A stretch of 64,000 bases of DNA, from assembly GCA_030425645.1 (NCBI GenBank), contig JAUHZK010000002.1:192487-256486 (forward strand), given 5' to 3'. Positions 57,301-61,403 of this stretch are shown one piece after another. The notes beneath the pieces are model-generated. The model did not search any database. It was given only the letters and a program-made list of their open reading frames with translations, and was not told where the DNA came from. The stretch's first letter is position 1; each line of letters begins with the position of its first letter. The DNA is from Gammaproteobacteria bacterium (GTDB lineage Bacteria; Pseudomonadota; Gammaproteobacteria; JAPPPA01). Made by a program: the position numbers and the translations under genes.

Positions 57301-60200
57301 GATACACCGGCGATGTGCGCCGCAGATGGGGTCACCGGCAAGCGGCTGGCACCAACTCGTACGGCGGCATCAGCCGTTTCGTCGTCAGTAATCGTCACCG
57401 TCGTCGTCAGCTCGGCAGACAAGGTCGCGTTGCCATCTGTCTGCCAGAGCTGCACGGTAAATTGTTCGGCGAATTCATTCAGCGCGTCGTCATTAATAGT
57501 TACCGTCAGCTCCGCGCCACGGTCACCTTCAGCAAACACCACACCTTCTAGCCATGTGTTCGGATCGCCGTTGGCCGCGGCATCTCCCGCTTCACCAAAG
57601 TCGACGCCAGCGCCCTCCGCTGTGCCTTGACGCAGAGCAATGGACACAACCGTCTCGGCCACGGCGGGCTTATCCAGCACTACGCTAATGCTAACCATGG
57701 CCGCACTTTCCAGTACCGTCACTTGATCGGCGGCCATCGCCGCCTTCGGCAACTGGCTCTGGCCGCAGCCGGCAATATTGTCGCCATCGTCCGCCGCGGT
57801 ACCTGGACAGTTGTCATCGCTATCATCGACACCATCGTTGTCATCGTCGGCGTCACAAGCATCGCCACCATCACTAGCGCCGTCAGTATTTGTTTGCTCA
57901 GCATTGGCTACTAGCGGGCAGTTGTCCGACTGGTCGTCAACACCATCATTGTCGTCATCGCCATCACAGGCGTTGCCGCCGTCATCAGCACCATCGGTGT
58001 TGCTTTGATCAGCATTCGGATCCAATGGGCAGTTATCTTCTTGATCGGCTACGGTGTCATTGTCGTCATCGGTATCACAGGCATTGCCTCCGTCGGCAGC
58101 GCCATCGGTGTTGGTCTGATCCGGATTACTCGTTAGTGGGCAATTGTCAGCACCGTCAGCAACACCGTCTTCATCGTCATCACTGTCGCAAGCATTACCA
58201 CCATCGGCTAAGCCGTCACTATTCAGTTGGCCGGGGTTAGCATTTACTGGACAGTTATCGTCACCATCAGCGATACCGTCTTCGTCGTCATCATTGTCAC
58301 AGGCGTCGCCACCATCAGTCAGGCCGTCAGTGTTCGACTGTTCGGCGTTATCTATTAATGGGCAGTTATCGTCCTCGTCGGCAACACCATCTTCATCATC
58401 ATCATTGTCGCAAGCGTCACCACCATCATTTAGCGCATCGGTGTTCGCTTGGTCTACGTTCGTTACCAAAGGGCAGTTATCTGAACCATCCGCAACACCA
58501 TCTTCGTCATCATCCTCATCACAGGCATCACCGCCATCATTGAGGCCGTCAGTGTTCGACTGTTCGGCGTTATCTACTAACGGGCAGTTATCGTCCTCGT
58601 CGGCAACACCGTCTTCATCATCATCATTGTCACAGGCGTCGCCACCATCATTTAGCGCATCGGTATTGGTTTGGTTCTCGTTCGTGACCAAGGGACAGTT
58701 ATCTGAACCATCTGCGACACCGTCTTCGTCATCATCCTCATCACAGGCATCACCGCCATCATTGAGGCCGTCAGTATTGGTTTGATCAGCATTAGCGACC
58801 GTTGGACAGTTGTCTTCTACATCAGCGATGCCATCCTCATCTGAGTCGGCAGCCGGCTCATTGTCGTTAATGGTCAACACCGCCCGGCTGGGATCTGCCA
58901 ACGACGTCTGGCCGTGTTCGTTTTCAATACGGGTCAGTGCAACGGCAAACACTTTATTGGCATTGCTAACCGTATTGCCACGAATGCGAAGCAAGAGCTG
59001 CTGCTGCATTACACCAGCCGGAAAATCTATCTGGCCATCGCTAACGGCATAGTAGTCAGCGCCGGCGATAGCTGGCTCATCCACGCCACTCGCAGTGACA
59101 GATTCGGTACTGTAAAAGACGCTAAAGCTACTCGCAGGGTCACCTTGACGCTGCACATTCAAATAAACAGGCTTGGCACCAAAATCACCCTCGTCCACCG
59201 TTACGTTATCGGTGGCTAGCAATACCTTCGCAACCGGCTCAACAGGTGCTAATGAATCGTCATCAAAGATCACTGCGGTGGCTTGATCGCGGATGAACTG
59301 CACGTCATCAGAGGATGACAAGCGCAGACTTAGAAACTCGCTGTTTTCTACCTCGTCATCATTGATAACGGCGAGCTCAATAGCCTCCTCAACAACACCT
59401 GCGGCGAAGGTTAACTGGCCATCGTTTGCAACAAAGTCACTTGCACTTGCCGTTTCGGCAACGAAGGCATAGTCCACCGTGACCGCCTCAAGCGTATTCC
59501 CCCTGCGCTGGACTAAGATTTTAATGCTCTGCTCGTCCTCATCAACAGCGGCATCGGCCACCGTAAACTCCGGACGCAAACCAGTTTCACAAGAACCATC
59601 TGGCTCGGTACCGTTTTCGATATCCTGTGAGGAACAGAGAATATGTTCGAGGGCCTCTTCTTGGCCAACCAAGCCAGGACGCCCCTGGCCCGTATGCTCT
59701 GCGAGCAACTCACTTAAGCCATTCTGGTTGTGAAATTCGTTCGCCGGCACATCAAACCGTAACGCGCTGAAGGCTTCACCCTTTGCTGCGTCAACCGTAG
59801 CTTGGCTGATCTGAATACCGTTCGTTGGGTCGCCATCAGCGTCCAGCGTTAACAGCAGACGACTCTTATTAATAGCCGCATTGGAAATGTTTGAGTCGCT
59901 GTCTAAGTCTTGCAGACGAACCACCGGGGCAGCAGGCGCGTCACCCAAGGGGATATCGCCAAGGCTAAACGCCACGTGATCACCATCAGTGTATTCAAAG
60001 GCCCCTGTTGACGAGGTTACAGCCCCGGTTCCTTGACCGTTTAAGACGTAACCAACATTTGCGACCGGGCTGTCGATTAGACGGCCAGTTTTCTGCTCGG
60101 TAGGATTATTATCTCCACTGCCACCAGCACCCCCGCCGCCACAGGCCACGAGAATAAGAGACAATGCTGCAAGCAGAACTGCACGTGTCAAAGCGCACAT
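41319..60200 (-). CDS. Giant (6293 aa, 18.9 kb) multidomain lipoprotein. It combines Calx-beta modules, thrombospondin type-3 Ca-binding repeat arrays, a neutral-ceramidase-like domain, 3x CocE/NonD (S15)-like alpha/beta-hydrolase domains, a PHP-like phosphoesterase domain and a PHB-depolymerase-type esterase domain.
   Basis: A single uninterrupted ORF. Lipobox LILVAC at the N-terminus. See sub-features for the motif evidence. Purine-rich RBS-less start at 60200 with a 290-nt AT-rich upstream region. Confidence 0.9.
   Translation of the reverse strand: [6293 protein letters not shown]
42900..43700 (-). other. PHB-depolymerase/feruloyl-esterase-type alpha/beta-hydrolase (esterase) domain
   Basis: MWMHYRGG...[32 protein letters not shown] (anchor at about 43205-43240), a GxSMGG nucleophile elbow with a following second hydrophobic motif typical of the esterase_phb family. 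Confidence 0.55.
47600..49560 (-). other. CocE/NonD (S15)-like alpha/beta-hydrolase domain copy C (about 75% identical to copy A around the active site)
   Basis: [21 protein letters not shown]...[12 protein letters not shown]...[43 protein letters not shown] (anchor at 49081-49127). Confidence 0.6.
49600..49920 (-). repeat. TSP3-like Asp-rich repeat array no. 3
   Basis: [56 protein letters not shown]...[15 protein letters not shown]. Confidence 0.7.
50225..51215 (-). other. PHP-like (polymerase/histidinol-phosphatase) phosphoesterase domain
   Basis: [13 protein letters not shown] (anchor at 51177-51210) resembles PHP motif I (HxHTxxSDG). Downstream FNHPGG and EDHHG His clusters are consistent with PHP metal ligands. 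Confidence 0.45.
51400..53390 (-). other. CocE/NonD (S15)-like alpha/beta-hydrolase domain copy B (more divergent)
   Basis: [10 protein letters not shown] ... [18 protein letters not shown] (anchor at about 52840-52900). Confidence 0.55.
53400..53690 (-). repeat. TSP3 repeat array no. 2 (about 3 units)
   Basis: [80 protein letters not shown]. The plus-strand shadow is His/Arg-rich. Confidence 0.8.
53700..55565 (-). other. CocE/NonD (peptidase S15)-like alpha/beta-hydrolase domain copy A
   Basis: [10 protein letters not shown] ... [18 protein letters not shown] (nucleophile anchor at about 55085-55130), a GxSYxG nucleophile elbow typical of the S15/CocE family. Confidence 0.6.
55600..57080 (-). 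other. Neutral/alkaline ceramidase-like domain
   Basis: [16 protein letters not shown]...[16 protein letters not shown] (anchor at about 56910-56945) parallels ceramidase VVFVNLDACM...[25 protein letters not shown] parallels the ceramidase VPGEFTTMAGRRL block. Confidence 0.6.
57435..57702 (-). other. Third Calx-beta-like module
   Basis: [21 protein letters not shown]...GVDFGEAGD...[23 protein letters not shown] (anchor ELTVTINDD located at 57487-57513). Confidence 0.5.
57760..58845 (-). repeat. Thrombospondin type-3 (TSP3) calcium-binding repeat array no. 1, about 10 paired units of about 38 aa. At DNA level it includes near-identical 228-bp tandem copies.
   Basis: Reiterated [37 protein letters not shown]. 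The plus-strand shadow ORF 58144..58785 shows long exact repeats, indicating high nucleotide identity between copies. Confidence 0.85.
58940..59500 (-). other. Two Calx-beta-like modules (giant protein aa about 235-420)
   Basis: [50 protein letters not shown] and [46 protein letters not shown] show the Calx-beta pattern (DY/DF...G.L.F..GE....I.I.I.DD). Confidence 0.6.
60138..60200 (-). other. Lipoprotein signal peptide of the giant protein ([20 protein letters not shown], Cys+1 followed by a Gly-rich linker)
   Basis: n-region with Arg, h-region, and lipobox L-V-A-C. Confidence 0.75.
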
Positions 60201-60489
60201 AGCGACTCCACATTTTTGTAATTGGGTGTATTCACCGCATATTTATATGGAAGTGCTAATTGGCGACCTCCTCCTGAATCAGCGCAAGAAACCCTGACAC
60301 TAATCCCATTAGGTATACCTAACTATCGTTAAGTCGTCAATAATCTAGCCCAAAGTGCAAACATTATTCGACGGCGAAAAAGGCCCAAGATTTACCCGAC
60401 AAGATGGTGCCAGCCTTTGCGCGCAGCCGTTAGAATGCTGCCTAGAGCTATCGCCCCGTATCTGCCTGTTTTAGCTAAAAGGAATCTAC

Positions 60490-60972
60490 GTGTTTGTTTG
60501 GACCGAGGTATCGGAACCGCTTTCGCGCTTACTGTCGTTATATGGAATCGCCATTAGCCTCGTGAAGGCCGGAGAGGAAATACCGGGTAGTCATTGGGGT
60601 GATAGTGAAGCCGGCCTAATTGGCAACACCTTGTATCTGCGCACTGACACGCCGCTACATTCCGCCTTACATGAAGCCTGTCATTTCATCTGCATGGACG
60701 AGTCTCGGCGCGCCAATCTGCATACCGATGCCGGTGGTAGTTTTCACGAAGAAGATGCCGTTTGTTATCTGCAAATTCTGCTTACAGACTTTCTACCTGT
60801 GTGCACGCGATCAGAGCTTCAAAGAGACATGGACGACTGGGGCTACAGCTTCCGACTAGGGAGTGCAGAAGCTTGGTTCACCGAAGACGCTGACGATGCC
60901 CGCTCCTTTCTGCTACAGCATGGATTAATTAACGCCGACAACGTCGTTTGTATCGGCAAAAATAGAGATTGA
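60490..60972 (+). CDS. Small cytoplasmic hypothetical protein with an HExxH motif (possible minimal zincin-like metallohydrolase)
   Basis: 160 aa with a GTG start preceded by AAAAGGAA. LHSALHEACHFICMDE contains H-E-x-x-H plus a downstream Glu. No signal peptide. Confidence 0.5.
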   Translation: MFVWTEVSEPLSRLLSLYGIAISLVKAGEEIPGSHWGDSEAGLIGNTLYLRTDTPLHSALHEACHFICMDESRRANLHTDAGGSFHEEDAVCYLQILLTDFLPVCTRSELQRDMDDWGYSFRLGSAEAWFTEDADDARSFLLQHGLINADNVVCIGKNRD

Positions 60973-61348
60973 TTAATGTCAACAATAGCTATTTCGCTCG
61001 TTCACAACGCGAGTTAGCCCAATTCAAAGTTACCCACATTTCTTGTGGATAACTCAGTGGGTAACCACCGGTATAATCCGTGAAACCCGCGTGGAACCGT
61101 AACTTTATAAGATTGCATTTTTTTTACACAACAAAACATTAATCATATATATCAATGGCTTATGGAGAAGTCGTCTTTTAAGTACGAACGCCCACCCTAA
61201 GGTCTATAAAGTCCGCGTTGATGTGCATAAAGGCCTTACTCCGGGCATTGAACTGGTAAATTTCTGCCAAAGCAAAAAGTTAACAGTTGTTCTGCGGCCT
61301 GCAAAAACCTGTCCAAATTAGGCAAAAACCCTACGGGGCCCAAGCATA

Positions 61349-61378
61349 AAAAAAGCCGGGCAAATACCCGGCTTTTTA
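61349..61378. terminator. Bidirectional rho-independent terminator downstream of sat
   Basis: aaaaaaagccgggcaaatacccggcttttt: a perfect 8-bp GC-rich stem flanked by A-run and T-run. Confidence 0.85.
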
Positions 61379-61403
61379 AAACACCAAATTAACGGCGTTA
61401 ACG

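Noticed and set aside
57778-58785. Ser/Pro-rich plus-strand ORFs (e.g. 58144..58785, 213 aa) with striking internal repeats
   Set aside because: They are antisense shadows of the Asp-rich TSP3 repeat codons of the giant minus-strand gene. They have no RBS and no start context, and are wholly nested. The repeats are explained by the TSP3 array.
57700-58850. Possible CRISPR-like array, because of a regular about 114/228-bp periodicity
   Set aside because: The region is coding (part of the 6293-aa ORF). Repeats are imperfect at unit boundaries and contain no unique spacers. No cas genes are in the window.
60201-60489. Searched for a transposase or IS terminal repeat flanking the giant gene, as evidence of horizontal acquisition
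   Set aside because: No inverted terminal repeats, transposase ORFs or direct target duplications were seen. Flanks are ordinary intergenic DNA and conserved genes (sat, DAHP synthase).
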